DNA of 64,000 nt from Patescibacteria group bacterium. GTDB taxonomy: Bacteria > Patescibacteriota > Microgenomatia > UBA8517. The position numbers and the translations under genes are program-made. Below the pieces are notes generated by a model. The model saw only the letters and a program-made list of their open reading frames with translations. It was not told the origin of the DNA and did not search any database. Numbering within the stretch: position 1 is the first letter of the stretch; each line of letters begins with the position of its first letter. Shown here piece by piece: positions 28,131 to 38,163 of the stretch. The stretch lies in assembly GCA_036835125.1 (NCBI GenBank), contig DAITMO010000001.1, forward strand, positions 255,508-319,507, written 5' to 3'.

Positions 28131-28787
28131 CTAGCGAGACTTTAGTTCTCTAATAGCATCTTTTGCAATCCAGTGAGCTGATTTTGAATCAGGATATTTT
28201 CTTATCATTTCTTCTGCAGTTTTAATTGCTTTTTCTTTTAGGTTTGGTTTCCATTTTCCAATGTTGCGAAGTGCCCAGTTAACTGCTTTTTTAACAAAAT
28301 TTCTATCATCTGTCGCTTCTCTTATAATTACTGGAAAAAATTTTTCAAATTCACTATCTGGTGTTTGTTTGTCGTGAACTACAAGCCCTGCCATCATGGC
28401 AAAGGCGGCACGTTTTACGAATTCTTCAGGTCTTTTTGACCATTCATACACTTTTTTATATGCAAAAGGGGTTCTTTCAAATAGATCTACAACTTGGTCA
28501 CAGGTGTCCCAAGAATCAAAGTCAGTTACCCACTCTTCCATTTGTTTTTCTGTTACTTTTTCTGGCTCATCAATGTAGGAAGCTAAAATTCTTGCTTCAT
28601 GAATTTCTGAATCCCAAAGTTTTTGTGCAAGAGTGTGATCTTTTCCAATTTTTTTTGCAAAAGGACGAAGTACATAAATAGAAACTCCTAAAGTATTTTT
28701 TGGGTTTATTCCAAACCTTGCCATCCCATCAATATTCTTTTGATTTTTTTGGGATTTTAATTCTTTAATTATTTCTTCGTATGTCAT
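28131..28787 (-). CDS. DNA alkylation repair protein (AlkD/AlkC-like HEAT-repeat family)
   Basis: The N-terminus reads MTYEEIIKELKSQKNQKNIDGMARFGI. The HEAT-like helical repeat pattern matches the AlkD family. Confidence 0.55.
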   Translation of the reverse strand: MTYEEIIKELKSQKNQKNIDGMARFGINPKNTLGVSIYVLRPFAKKIGKDHTLAQKLWDSEIHEARILASYIDEPEKVTEKQMEEWVTDFDSWDTCDQVVDLFERTPFAYKKVYEWSKRPEEFVKRAAFAMMAGLVVHDKQTPDSEFEKFFPVIIREATDDRNFVKKAVNWALRNIGKWKPNLKEKAIKTAEEMIRKYPDSKSAHWIAKDAIRELKSR

Positions 28788-29957
28788 TTATTTATTGTAA
28801 TATTTCTTCTCCTTAATTTTTTCAGGTAAATATGATTCTTTGTCATATTTCTCATATCCTTTTCCATATCCTTCTTTTTCCATTAATTTTGTAACAGGAT
28901 TTCTTATTTTAAGAGGTACTGGAAGATTTCCAAATTTATTAACATCAGAAAGAGCACTCATGTATGCGTCATATGCACGTCTATCTTTTTTGGCAAGTGA
29001 AAGGTAAACTACTCCTGCTGCTAGATTTTCTTGACATTCAGGGTAACCTATTTCATTACATGCTTGAAAAACTGCATTGGCAACAACTAGTGCAGTTGGG
29101 GAAGCTAAATCTTCAGAAGCAAACACAACCATACGTCTTGCAATGTAAAGTGGATCTTGTCCTGCTGCAACCATTCTTGCTAAATAATAGAGAGCTGCGT
29201 CAACGTCGCTAGCCCTCATAGATTTAATGAATGCGGAAATGACATCGTAGAATTGGTCACCATTCTTATCAAATGTATATTGGCGACGTTGGAGGGCTGT
29301 TTCGAGGTCGTTGACTTTTATTGTTGGGGTAGAGGTAAGACTTGCTGCGATTTCTAAGACATTAAGTAGAACTCTGGCATCTCCATTACTTGCTTCGAGA
29401 ATAAACTTCTCTGCTTCTTTATTTAACTTTTTCTTAACTTGTTTTAATGCCCTTCCAAGAATCTTTAATAAATCTTTTTCAGAAAGTTGTTCTAAGATTA
29501 AAACCCGAGAGCGCGAAAGAAGGGGGCCTATTACTTCAAAGCTTGGATTTTCAGTTGTTGCTCCAATTAAAACTATGTTACCCCTCTCTACATGGGGAAG
29601 TAGTTTATCTTGTTGGGCTTTATTAAATCTATGTATTTCATCCAAAAAAACAATTGGAGCATTTGTGAGTTTTAGTTGTTTTTTATCCCGTATGAGAGAC
29701 TCAATATCTTTTATTTTTGTGTTTACTGCAGAAAACTCATAGAATTCCCGTTTCAAAGTTTTTGCAATTATTCTAGCTAGTGTAGTTTTTCCAGTTCCAG
29801 GGGGACCCCATAAAATGAGAGATGGAAAAAATTGATTTGTGAGTTGACTACCCAATAGTTTAGTTACAATTCCATTCTTTCCTACAATTTTGTCTTGTCC
29901 AACATAATCTTTTAAAGTGTTGGGTCTTAGAAGTTCTGGTAAAGGAATGATTGCCAT
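28788..29957 (-). CDS. rarA: Replication-associated recombination protein A (AAA+ ATPase RarA/MgsA)
   Basis: Walker A reads GPPGTGKTT. Walker B reads FLDEIHRF. A MgsA C-terminal domain is present. Confidence 0.85.
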   Translation of the reverse strand: MAIIPLPELLRPNTLKDYVGQDKIVGKNGIVTKLLGSQLTNQFFPSLILWGPPGTGKTTLARIIAKTLKREFYEFSAVNTKIKDIESLIRDKKQLKLTNAPIVFLDEIHRFNKAQQDKLLPHVERGNIVLIGATTENPSFEVIGPLLSRSRVLILEQLSEKDLLKILGRALKQVKKKLNKEAEKFILEASNGDARVLLNVLEIAASLTSTPTIKVNDLETALQRRQYTFDKNGDQFYDVISAFIKSMRASDVDAALYYLARMVAAGQDPLYIARRMVVFASEDLASPTALVVANAVFQACNEIGYPECQENLAAGVVYLSLAKKDRRAYDAYMSALSDVNKFGNLPVPLKIRNPVTKLMEKEGYGKGYEKYDKESYLPEKIKEKKYYNK

Positions 29958-30012
29958 AATAAACTTATATCACCCAATAAAATCCGAAACAAGTATAATT
30001 ATTAATATCAAC

Positions 30013-30645
30013 ATGATTGGGACGAAAATATTAGAAGAAAGGAAGTCAAAATATAATGGTAATCTTCGTGTTGTTAAGACTTTTGGAATGGGAACATATA
30101 TTCAGTCGGAAGGTCTAACTCAATCTGGTGGAATTGTTGAAACAATATGGAAACAAACAGTCAATGGGTTAAAAGTTAAAGAACAGAAAATATCAAAAAT
30201 CTTGGTTTTGGGTTTGGGTGGAGGGACGGTTGCTAAAATTCTTAAGAAGAAATATAAAAGAGCAAAAATTACTGGGGTAGAGGTTGATCCAATAATGGTA
30301 GAACTTGGGAAAAAATATTTGGATTTAGAGAAAAGTGGTGTTGACATAAAAGTCACTGATGCGAAGAAGTTTTTGACTAAAAAATTATCTTCGATGAGTA
30401 AATATGATTTAGTTATTGTTGATTTATATAATGGTGATGTCTTCCCAAAAGAGTTTGAAGAAGAAAAATATATAAACAATATAAAAAATGTGTTGAATGA
30501 TGGTGGGACTGTTATTTTTAATAGATTATATTTTGGAGATAAAAGACCAGAATCAGTAAAATTTGGAAAAGTGTTAGAAAAAACGTTTTTAGAAGTAGAT
30601 TGGTTCTATCCTGAAGCGAATTTAATGTTCATATGCACAATCTAA
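30013..30645 (+). CDS. Spermidine synthase-like SAM-dependent methyltransferase-fold protein
   Basis: A Rossmann GxGxG motif is present (ILVLGLGGGTVAKIL). The acidic loop DLYNGD is typical of spermine/spermidine synthase-like proteins. The start was chosen at the internal ATG (MIGTKIL) to avoid an overlap with rarA. Confidence 0.55.
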   Translation: MIGTKILEERKSKYNGNLRVVKTFGMGTYIQSEGLTQSGGIVETIWKQTVNGLKVKEQKISKILVLGLGGGTVAKILKKKYKRAKITGVEVDPIMVELGKKYLDLEKSGVDIKVTDAKKFLTKKLSSMSKYDLVIVDLYNGDVFPKEFEEEKYINNIKNVLNDGGTVIFNRLYFGDKRPESVKFGKVLEKTFLEVDWFYPEANLMFICTI

Positions 30646-32039
30646 TATTTGGTCCTGCATTATTTTATGATATTCCTGAATATCTTCAGATTGTTTCCTC
30701 ACATAGTTTCTGGCAATCAATTGTCCTAGGTCACTTCCCAATTCACCCAATCTTTATGATGATTTTATGGCCACTTTCTAGGATTTTTACTCCAAACGTT
30801 ATTGCGATTATATTTTTTGCTCTTTCAATTTTTGTTCTTAGTAGAATTTCTAAAAAAGCTTCATTGATATTTTTATTTTTTCCTGCAGTTTGGATAATGG
30901 GAACAAATTTAATGGTTGAGTCGTTACTTTTATTTTTCTTTATTCTTGCTTTCTATTTTCTAAATAATGATAAAAAAATTTTATTTTTGGTTTGTTGTTT
31001 TTTGATGATAGGGATTCATCTAGAAGTAATTCTTTGGATTCCTGCCTTGTTTTTAACTTCTAAATTATTAGGAAAAGGAAAAGAAACTAAAAAATATATT
31101 GGACCAACATTTTTAGTGTTAGGCTTTTCATTAATACTTTATTTGTTGCTTTATAGAATTTCAGGACGTAATTTTGAAGGCGCTACTGAGCAATTGGGAG
31201 TATATCTTTCTTCAGGGATATTAAGAATGCTTCGTAATATTTGGCTGACATTTTCAACAAGTTTTGGTAGTCTTACAATTTTTGTTTTAGGATATTTCTT
31301 AATTACTAAGTTTAGTAAAAATGAGAAATTTTACTCAACACTACTACTTTTGTTATTTTCTTTGGTGGCTGCCAATTGGCAAGGAGATTTTATGATGCGC
31401 CGTTCAATTTTCTTTGTGGTTCCTTTATCTTTAATGCTTACTAAGTATTTAGGCAAATGGTGGTGGATTTTTATTATTTACTTACTGCCTATTACTTTTT
31501 CTAATATTCTTCTTTATGCAAAAGGAGATCCTTTTCTTACTCCAAATATTCCTGTTAATCAAATTCTTTTAGAAACTCATTATTTGAAGCCTTTTACAAA
31601 ATATGATGGGAACATCTTTTATATTGGAGAAAATGATTTGTCTGGTATTGATGAATATTTAAATTCTGGAAAAAAAGTATATTTAACTTCTGCTGCTGTT
31701 AATGCTCCTTATAGACTTCTAGTTGGAAATAATTATCACATTACTTCTTTAGGAAAAATTGGAAATTCGGAAAGTAGATTTCTTTTTAAAAAATATGATA
31801 TTTCAAAATTTGAGAATGTCTATGAAATTAAAGAGTATTATGGTACAGCTTCCCCTGAAGCTGGTGAATCAGTAATTTTTTATGGTGACAATTTTTGGCA
31901 GAGAATTGCTAGAAGAAGAATAAATTATGGAGACATGGGAGTTTGGATATGGTCCTTTATAACTAATCACAAAGATCCAATAGGGTGGACATATAAAGAT
32001 GCTACTGGAGCTTGGGTTTATAATGAATTAGGCATATAA
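30633..32039 (+). CDS. Polytopic membrane protein with a C-terminal soluble domain (GT-C-like / DUF-type)
   Basis: About 9 TM helices are followed by a soluble domain of roughly 170 aa. Its start overlaps the stop of the SpeE-like gene. Confidence 0.4.
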   Translation: MHNLIFGPALFYDIPEYLQIVSSHSFWQSIVLGHFPIHPIFMMILWPLSRIFTPNVIAIIFFALSIFVLSRISKKASLIFLFFPAVWIMGTNLMVESLLLFFFILAFYFLNNDKKILFLVCCFLMIGIHLEVILWIPALFLTSKLLGKGKETKKYIGPTFLVLGFSLILYLLLYRISGRNFEGATEQLGVYLSSGILRMLRNIWLTFSTSFGSLTIFVLGYFLITKFSKNEKFYSTLLLLLFSLVAANWQGDFMMRRSIFFVVPLSLMLTKYLGKWWWIFIIYLLPITFSNILLYAKGDPFLTPNIPVNQILLETHYLKPFTKYDGNIFYIGENDLSGIDEYLNSGKKVYLTSAAVNAPYRLLVGNNYHITSLGKIGNSESRFLFKKYDISKFENVYEIKEYYGTASPEAGESVIFYGDNFWQRIARRRINYGDMGVWIWSFITNHKDPIGWTYKDATGAWVYNELGI

Positions 32040-32049
32040 TTAAAAGTCG

Positions 32050-34782
32050 ATGTTAAACATTTTCTCAAAACTTTTGGATGTAAATGCTAGGGAAGTTGAA
32101 AGACTTAGAAAAATTGTTGAAAAAATTAATTCTTTTGACTCTAAGTTTAAAAAACTAAAAGATGAAGATTTTGCAAAGAAAACGGCAGAATTCAAAAAAC
32201 GATTAGAAAAAGGGGAAACTTTAGAGGAGATATTACCTGAAGCTTTTGCATTATCTCGTGAAGCTTCATGGAGAGTTTTAGGACAACGTCCTTTTGATGT
32301 TCAGCTTATTGCAGGAGTTGCTCTTTTTGAAGGAAAAGTTGCAGAACAAAGAACGGGTGAGGGAAAAACATTATCAGCCGTTGCCCCACTTTATCTTCGT
32401 GCTTTGACAGGGCGTGGGGTTCATCTTGTTACAGTTAATGATTATTTGGCCAGAATTGGTGCTGGTTGGATGGGACCTACCTACAAGCTTCTGGGGCTAA
32501 CTACTGGAGTAATTATTCAGGAAACAAAATCATTTGTTTATGATTCTGAGTTTTCTGACTCAAGTCATGGGGATGAGCGACTTTCTCATTTAAAGCAAGT
32601 TGAAAGGAAAGAGGCGTATAGTTGTGATGTTTTATATGGTACCAACAATGAATTTGGATTTGATTATTTAAGAGATAACATGGTTGGCAGTCTTTCTGAG
32701 ATGGTACAGCGTGGACATTATTTTGCGATAGTTGATGAGGTAGACTCTATTCTTATAGATGAGGCAAGAACTCCTCTTATTATTTCAGCACCAGATACTG
32801 AACCAACAGAAAAGTATTATCAGTTTGCCCAAATTGTAGAAAAGCTTAATTCTGATACAGATTACAAAATTGATGAAAAAGCCAAGAGTGCAAGCTTAAC
32901 GGAGACAGGAATTACTCGAGTAGAAAAGATACTCGGAGTTAATAACTTGTATGAGGAAAATTTTGAATCAATACACCATATTGAAAATGCGCTTCGTGCC
33001 AGAACTCTTTACTTAAAAGATAAAGATTATGTTGTAAAAGATGATCAAATTGTAATAGTTGATGAGTTTACGGGACGCTTGATGGTAGGTCGCCGTTGGA
33101 GCGATGGACTTCATCAGGCAGTGGAGGCAAAAGAAGGTGTTGTAATTCAACAAGAAAGTAAAACTCTGGCTACAATTTCGTTCCAAAACTACTTTAGGAT
33201 GTATGAACATTTGTCTGGTATGACTGGAACTGCTGCAACAGAAGCGGAAGAATTTAGAAAGATTTATAAATTGGACGTGGTGGTAGTTCCAACTCACCGG
33301 GATATGGTAAGGCGCGATTTGCCCGATGAAATATATAAAACTTTAAGAGGAAAATATGGAGCAATAGTGGATGAAACAGAAGAGTGTTACAAAAAAGGTC
33401 AGCCGGTTCTTATTGGTACGACCTCAATTGAAAAAAATGAGATTATTTCTGAGTATTTGAAAAGAAAGAAAATACCCCATCATGTATTAAACGCCAAAAA
33501 CCATGAAAAAGAAGCTGAAATAATTGCTGAGGCAGGAAAACCCTCTGCTGTTACAGTTGCTACAAATATGGCAGGGCGTGGTGTTGATATTGTTCTTGGT
33601 GGAGCAATCCCTGATAGAAAGCAAGGGGAAAGTGATGAAAAATATAAATCTTCAAAAGAATATAAATCTTGGAAAGAGATACATGAGATAGTGATAAATG
33701 CAGGAGGACTTCATGTTATTGGTACAGAGCGTCATGAAGCAAGACGTGTTGATAATCAGCTGAGGGGGCGAGCGGGGCGTCAGGGGGACGCTGGTAGCTC
33801 CCGTTTTTATCTTTCAATGGAGGATGATCTTATGCGAATTTTTGGTGGGGAGCAAATTAGTGGAATTATGGATAGACTTAACCTACCAGAAGATCAACCT
33901 ATTGAAAATCCTCTAATAAGTCGTGCAATTGAGCAGGCACAAATTAAGGTTGAAGGGTTCCATTTTGACATTAGAAAACGTTTAGTTGAGTTTGATGATG
34001 TTGCAAATCAACAAAGGGAAATTATTTATAAATTAAGAAAGAAAGTGCTTGATAGTAAAGACGTTAAAAAGGAGATAAAAGAAAAGTTAATTGAGCAAGT
34101 GCACTTAATTGCCAATAGTGGTTTTTCTGAAATGGGAGACGAGATTGATGCTGAAAGAATTAGTATTTCTTTAGCAGAAATAATTCCTTTTGATGATGCT
34201 TCTTTAAAAAGAATCAAATCTCAAATTGAAGGTTTAAAATCCTCAAATGAAGTTCAGGAGTTTTTAGAAAAAGTACTTAATGATGTATATGAAAGACGAG
34301 AAAAAGAATTAACAGCTAACGTTATGCGTGAAGTTGAGAAGTTTGCATATTTGGGTTCCATTGACAGACTCTGGATGGATCACATTGATCACATTGATGA
34401 TTTAAGGGAAGGGGTGACCCTTAGGGCTTATGGACAAAGAGATCCTTTGATTGAGTTTAAAAATGAAGCCTATTCTCTTTTTGAAAATTTGGTGAATAAA
34501 ATCAATGCAGAACTAGGAAGAAGAATATTTAGAATTGGAGTGGCTACTCCAAGATCTGAAATTCCACTTAATCTTGCTAGGGAAAATATTGATAAATCTG
34601 ATCTGACTGGATTAACTGGTAATGCTGATAGTGCTGCCAAAGAAGGATCTCCTGCTTTTCCTGAAGAACAAAAATCAAATAACAAAAAAATTGGCAGAAA
34701 CGATCCATGCTGGTGTGGAAAATTGGATGAAAATGGTAAACCAGTTAAGTGGAAACACTGTCATTATCCAAAACTTCCTTAA
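32050..34782 (+). CDS. secA: Preprotein translocase ATPase SecA
   Basis: DEAD-motor motifs are present (GEGKT, DEVDSILIDEARTPLIIS). The C-terminal zinc-binding tail reads CWCGK...CHY. Confidence 0.95.
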   Translation: MLNIFSKLLDVNAREVERLRKIVEKINSFDSKFKKLKDEDFAKKTAEFKKRLEKGETLEEILPEAFALSREASWRVLGQRPFDVQLIAGVALFEGKVAEQRTGEGKTLSAVAPLYLRALTGRGVHLVTVNDYLARIGAGWMGPTYKLLGLTTGVIIQETKSFVYDSEFSDSSHGDERLSHLKQVERKEAYSCDVLYGTNNEFGFDYLRDNMVGSLSEMVQRGHYFAIVDEVDSILIDEARTPLIISAPDTEPTEKYYQFAQIVEKLNSDTDYKIDEKAKSASLTETGITRVEKILGVNNLYEENFESIHHIENALRARTLYLKDKDYVVKDDQIVIVDEFTGRLMVGRRWSDGLHQAVEAKEGVVIQQESKTLATISFQNYFRMYEHLSGMTGTAATEAEEFRKIYKLDVVVVPTHRDMVRRDLPDEIYKTLRGKYGAIVDETEECYKKGQPVLIGTTSIEKNEIISEYLKRKKIPHHVLNAKNHEKEAEIIAEAGKPSAVTVATNMAGRGVDIVLGGAIPDRKQGESDEKYKSSKEYKSWKEIHEIVINAGGLHVIGTERHEARRVDNQLRGRAGRQGDAGSSRFYLSMEDDLMRIFGGEQISGIMDRLNLPEDQPIENPLISRAIEQAQIKVEGFHFDIRKRLVEFDDVANQQREIIYKLRKKVLDSKDVKKEIKEKLIEQVHLIANSGFSEMGDEIDAERISISLAEIIPFDDASLKRIKSQIEGLKSSNEVQEFLEKVLNDVYERREKELTANVMREVEKFAYLGSIDRLWMDHIDHIDDLREGVTLRAYGQRDPLIEFKNEAYSLFENLVNKINAELGRRIFRIGVATPRSEIPLNLARENIDKSDLTGLTGNADSAAKEGSPAFPEEQKSNNKKIGRNDPCWCGKLDENGKPVKWKHCHYPKLP

Positions 34783-34786
34783 CAGT

Positions 34787-35413
34787 CTATCTTAAATGGG
34801 TCGTATCACTCCATGTATTTAATGTCCATCCATACTTTTCCGAATGTTCATATATGGTTATGCCAGTGTTTTCCATAAAGAGATGATTTCTCATTTCAGA
34901 GAAAATTTTTGGTGTTAAATTTCCCCCAAAAATAATTTTAGCTGCTATAAATTTAATGAATTGAGAATGGCTGATACACAAAACTGTTTGGTCTGAATGG
35001 TTTTTCATTAGATGGTCTAAGACATTTGATGCTCTACAGTTTAAGTCATCAAACGTTTCTTCGTCAGAGTATTTCCAATTCTTTTTGTAAAAGTTTTTAG
35101 CAACCATTTTTTTTATTTTAATCACTTCGGGGTCATCAATTTTCTTTCCTCTAATTTCACTAGGACTTTTACACTCAGCAATTTCATCCCAATATTCAAT
35201 TGGTAATTTTAGTTTTTCATTAATAATTTCTGCCGTTTGCGATGCTCTGGTCATGGAACTTGCATATATCAAATCAAAATTAAGGTTTACAAGTCTTTTG
35301 GCAATTGCTTTTGCTTGTATAACACCATCCTTTGATAGGGGGATGTCAGGTGTGTGGTGGATTTCTTTTCTGTTTCCTTCAGATTGTCCGTGTCTAACAA
35401 AATATATAAGCAT
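34787..35413 (-). CDS. Histidine phosphatase family protein (phosphoglycerate mutase-like)
   Basis: The N-terminal RHG motif reads FVRHGQSEGN. Confidence 0.75.
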   Translation of the reverse strand: MLIYFVRHGQSEGNRKEIHHTPDIPLSKDGVIQAKAIAKRLVNLNFDLIYASSMTRASQTAEIINEKLKLPIEYWDEIAECKSPSEIRGKKIDDPEVIKIKKMVAKNFYKKNWKYSDEETFDDLNCRASNVLDHLMKNHSDQTVLCISHSQFIKFIAAKIIFGGNLTPKIFSEMRNHLFMENTGITIYEHSEKYGWTLNTWSDTTHLR

Positions 35414-35426
35414 ATTGGTATTATTT

Positions 35427-35933
35427 TTATTCTAAGATTTTGTGATAAAAATCATATTTTTTCTTTTGATATTCCCTAAAAGATTTTTTATCTAAAGAAT
35501 ATTTCAAATTTTCATATTCTTTTAACAACTCTGGCTTTTCTTTAAGCATTTCAAAAACCTTTATTTGTTTTTGCATAGTTGGTGAGTCTTTTTGTGTTAG
35601 ATAAAATTGGACATTAAATTTTCTCTTTTTAAAATTCCATTCAATGAACGTTTCATGCTTATGAAGTGGTTCTCCAAAAATTTTTATAAGCCCAGGAAGA
35701 TATTTGTTAAACTCTGATGGGTTTGAAAAAGCATATATGTCCAAATCATTTTGCCCTGATATTTTTAAGGCGGATGCTCCCATGTGCTTTATTTCTAGAT
35801 TAGTGAAAACATCTTTGACCGACTCAATAATCTTGCCAGCAATTTTTTTAAGTTCAGGATCATAAGGAATCACCTTTGCCCTTTTTCTAATTGGAATCTT
35901 CTTTAAGTAATCAAGCTCGTCTTTTGAAAACAT
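35427..35933 (-). CDS. GrpB/UPF0157-like nucleotidyltransferase-fold protein
   Basis: The pattern HMGASAL...DLDIY resembles the GrpB family. Confidence 0.45.
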   Translation of the reverse strand: MFSKDELDYLKKIPIRKRAKVIPYDPELKKIAGKIIESVKDVFTNLEIKHMGASALKISGQNDLDIYAFSNPSEFNKYLPGLIKIFGEPLHKHETFIEWNFKKRKFNVQFYLTQKDSPTMQKQIKVFEMLKEKPELLKEYENLKYSLDKKSFREYQKKKYDFYHKILE

Positions 35934-36021
35934 AATTCATTTTAGTATTTATATAATTATTTACAAACTCTATCAAAATCCTTTACTATTTATTTGTGCT
36001 AGTTGATAGGGGGTGAGAATA

Positions 36022-36708
36022 TTGAAAAAAACTAATTCTGCTTTATTAGTATTATTTGTCTTAGGTTTAATGACGGTAGTAATGAGTAAAGAAAGTTATG
36101 CAAGAGCTCAAGATACAAACGGCAATCCAAATACTCAAGTTGTAACAACAACAGCCTCTCCAGTAGGAACTCAGGTTAAAAATCAGAACCAGGTAAGTAC
36201 TCAAAATATGGGTGAAGAAAAAAATCTTATGGTTAATACATCTGAAGAGGAAGGAACCGGGTCTGGTGTTGGATTGGGGAGCAAAAACACAGTTGCTATA
36301 GAACATATGAGTGTGGTTGGTAAAAATGTTCAAAATCTTTTAGAAATCAAAACCACTGGAGGCATTGGCGATCAGGTTAGAAGTATTGCTCAGGACCAAA
36401 TCAAAACTCAGGATCAAATTCAGCTGCAGTTTGATAAGGTTGATTCTAAAGGAAAGTTTGCAAAGGCTCTTTTTGGACCAGACTATAAAGCCCTTAAAAA
36501 TTTAGAAGGGCAAATGGAACAAAATCAATTAAGAATTCAAGCCTTGCAGGAATTGCAAACACAAATTACAAATTCGGCAGACGAAACAACTCTTGAGACG
36601 ACAATTCAGTCTTTAATTGATCAAAACACAGCTCTTCAGGATGCAATAAATCTTGAAGGACAGACTAAAAGTTTATTTGGCTGGTTGGTAAAACTTTTTA
36701 TCAAATAG
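36022..36708 (+). CDS. Secreted Gln/Asn/Thr-rich coiled-coil protein
   Basis: The likely TTG start at 36022 is preceded by the SD GGGGGTGAG. The signal peptide reads MKKTNSALLVLFVLGLMTVVMS...A. The body is Q/N-rich. Confidence 0.4.
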   Translation: MKKTNSALLVLFVLGLMTVVMSKESYARAQDTNGNPNTQVVTTTASPVGTQVKNQNQVSTQNMGEEKNLMVNTSEEEGTGSGVGLGSKNTVAIEHMSVVGKNVQNLLEIKTTGGIGDQVRSIAQDQIKTQDQIQLQFDKVDSKGKFAKALFGPDYKALKNLEGQMEQNQLRIQALQELQTQITNSADETTLETTIQSLIDQNTALQDAINLEGQTKSLFGWLVKLFIK

Positions 36709-36778
36709 TTGGATTAAAATAGGCAGTGGTGTTTAGACTGCTTGTTTTTGTGGAAAAACATTTTATTACAATTAATAA

Positions 36779-37567
36779 ATGGAGCATACAGATTCTCAGA
36801 TATCAGACATAAAAATTACACATATTTGGGACTACAAGAATCATTTTCGCGAGTATCTTCTTTTAACTGCGCGGAAAAATGAGAGTGCTTTAGAAGATAG
36901 ATATGTTTTTCCTGAAAGAATCGAATTGAGTGATGATTGGCATAAATCTTTAGAAGATATTAGACAAGCTACTAATGATGGTAAAGAAAGATGGGCATTA
37001 GTGGGTTTTAATGGTGATAGCAACACACTACATATTTCTACTGTTGCTGCAAAAGGGTATGACAGTTATGTTTCTGGAGAAATAATGCAAGTAGAAATGA
37101 CAAAGGCAGAGAAATTAGGAATACGGACTTTAGTAGGTGATGTACATTCGCATCCGAGAAGTTTTTCTGAGAAGTCGGCTACAAAATTATTTAACCATAA
37201 TGATATTGGACTGAAGGCACAATTTTCTGTTGGTGATTATTATGCACTTTTATGCTCAAGCAAGAATACCTCTTTCATGGGTCTAGTTGATGGGGATCAC
37301 AATTTATTTGTGTTCAAGAGTAGGCAAACTCCAAATACTACACAATTTTTATCTGCTTTTGATCAAGATTCATTCGAAAAATATTGGTATGAGATGTATG
37401 GTTATAGGTATCTTGGTAGTGTAAAAGAATTTGGGGCGAGAAGAACGATTCCAGTTGACGGTTATGCCAACCCGATCGGTATGCATAAAACAATATTAGA
37501 TAAACACCAACTGGTTTTATATCAGGGTTTTAAAGGAAAAGATCTCTCAAGGATTTACCCTAAATAA
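36779..37567 (+). CDS. Hypothetical protein with a JAB/MPN-like motif (E...HSHP-x6-S) but Lys at the Asp position
   Basis: The sequence ERWALVG, then about 50 aa, then GDVHSHPRSFSEKSATK follows the JAMM pattern E-x(n)-H-x-H-x7-S-x2-[D], except that the final residue is K. Confidence 0.35.
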   Translation: MEHTDSQISDIKITHIWDYKNHFREYLLLTARKNESALEDRYVFPERIELSDDWHKSLEDIRQATNDGKERWALVGFNGDSNTLHISTVAAKGYDSYVSGEIMQVEMTKAEKLGIRTLVGDVHSHPRSFSEKSATKLFNHNDIGLKAQFSVGDYYALLCSSKNTSFMGLVDGDHNLFVFKSRQTPNTTQFLSAFDQDSFEKYWYEMYGYRYLGSVKEFGARRTIPVDGYANPIGMHKTILDKHQLVLYQGFKGKDLSRIYPK

Positions 37568-37587
37568 TATTTTGTTATAATACTCTC

Positions 37588-38163
37588 ATGGAAGAAACGG
37601 TGACTCCTCAAAATTCTTCAGGGAAACAATATCTATTTGTTGCAATCTTTCTTTTGGTTTTGGTTGGTGTTGGGGCTTTTTTTATAATTACAGGAAGAAA
37701 GAAAGAAAGTTCAGTCTTACAAAATCCAACTCCTTCTGCTACTATTTCAAGTGAAACTCTTTCTGATGGAACTCTCTCAACTGAGAGTTCAGAAGTTTCT
37801 ATTAAAGAGGTTTCAAAAGATACAAAAATGGATAAAGTAACAGAATTACAAATTGTTGATGAGAAGATTGGAAATGGGGCAGAAGCAGTTAGTGGAAAAA
37901 CAATAACAGTTAATTATGTTGGGACACTAACTGACGGAACTAAATTTGATAGTTCATATGACAGGAATCAACCATTTTCTTTTACTCTTGGAGCAGGAGA
38001 AGTCATTGAAGGTTGGGACAAAGGATTTAGTGGTATGAAGGTTGGAGGAAAAAGAAAACTAACTATTCCTTCTTCAATGGGGTATGGAGATAGCGGTATT
38101 CCGGGTGCAATTCCAGGAGGGGCCACTCTTATTTTTGAAGTCGAACTCTTAAAAGTCGATTAA
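37588..38163 (+). CDS. Membrane-anchored FKBP-type peptidyl-prolyl cis-trans isomerase
   Basis: An N-terminal TM helix is followed by the FKBP core (YVGTLTDGTKFDSSYDRNQPFSFTLGAGEVIEGWD ... LIFEVELL). Confidence 0.8.
   Translation: MEETVTPQNSSGKQYLFVAIFLLVLVGVGAFFIITGRKKESSVLQNPTPSATISSETLSDGTLSTESSEVSIKEVSKDTKMDKVTELQIVDEKIGNGAEAVSGKTITVNYVGTLTDGTKFDSSYDRNQPFSFTLGAGEVIEGWDKGFSGMKVGGKRKLTIPSSMGYGDSGIPGAIPGGATLIFEVELLKVD

Noticed and set aside
29311-29742. 143-aa plus-strand ORF inside rarA
   Set aside because: It is antisense to a confident AAA+ ATPase gene and a Ser/Leu-rich shadow ORF.
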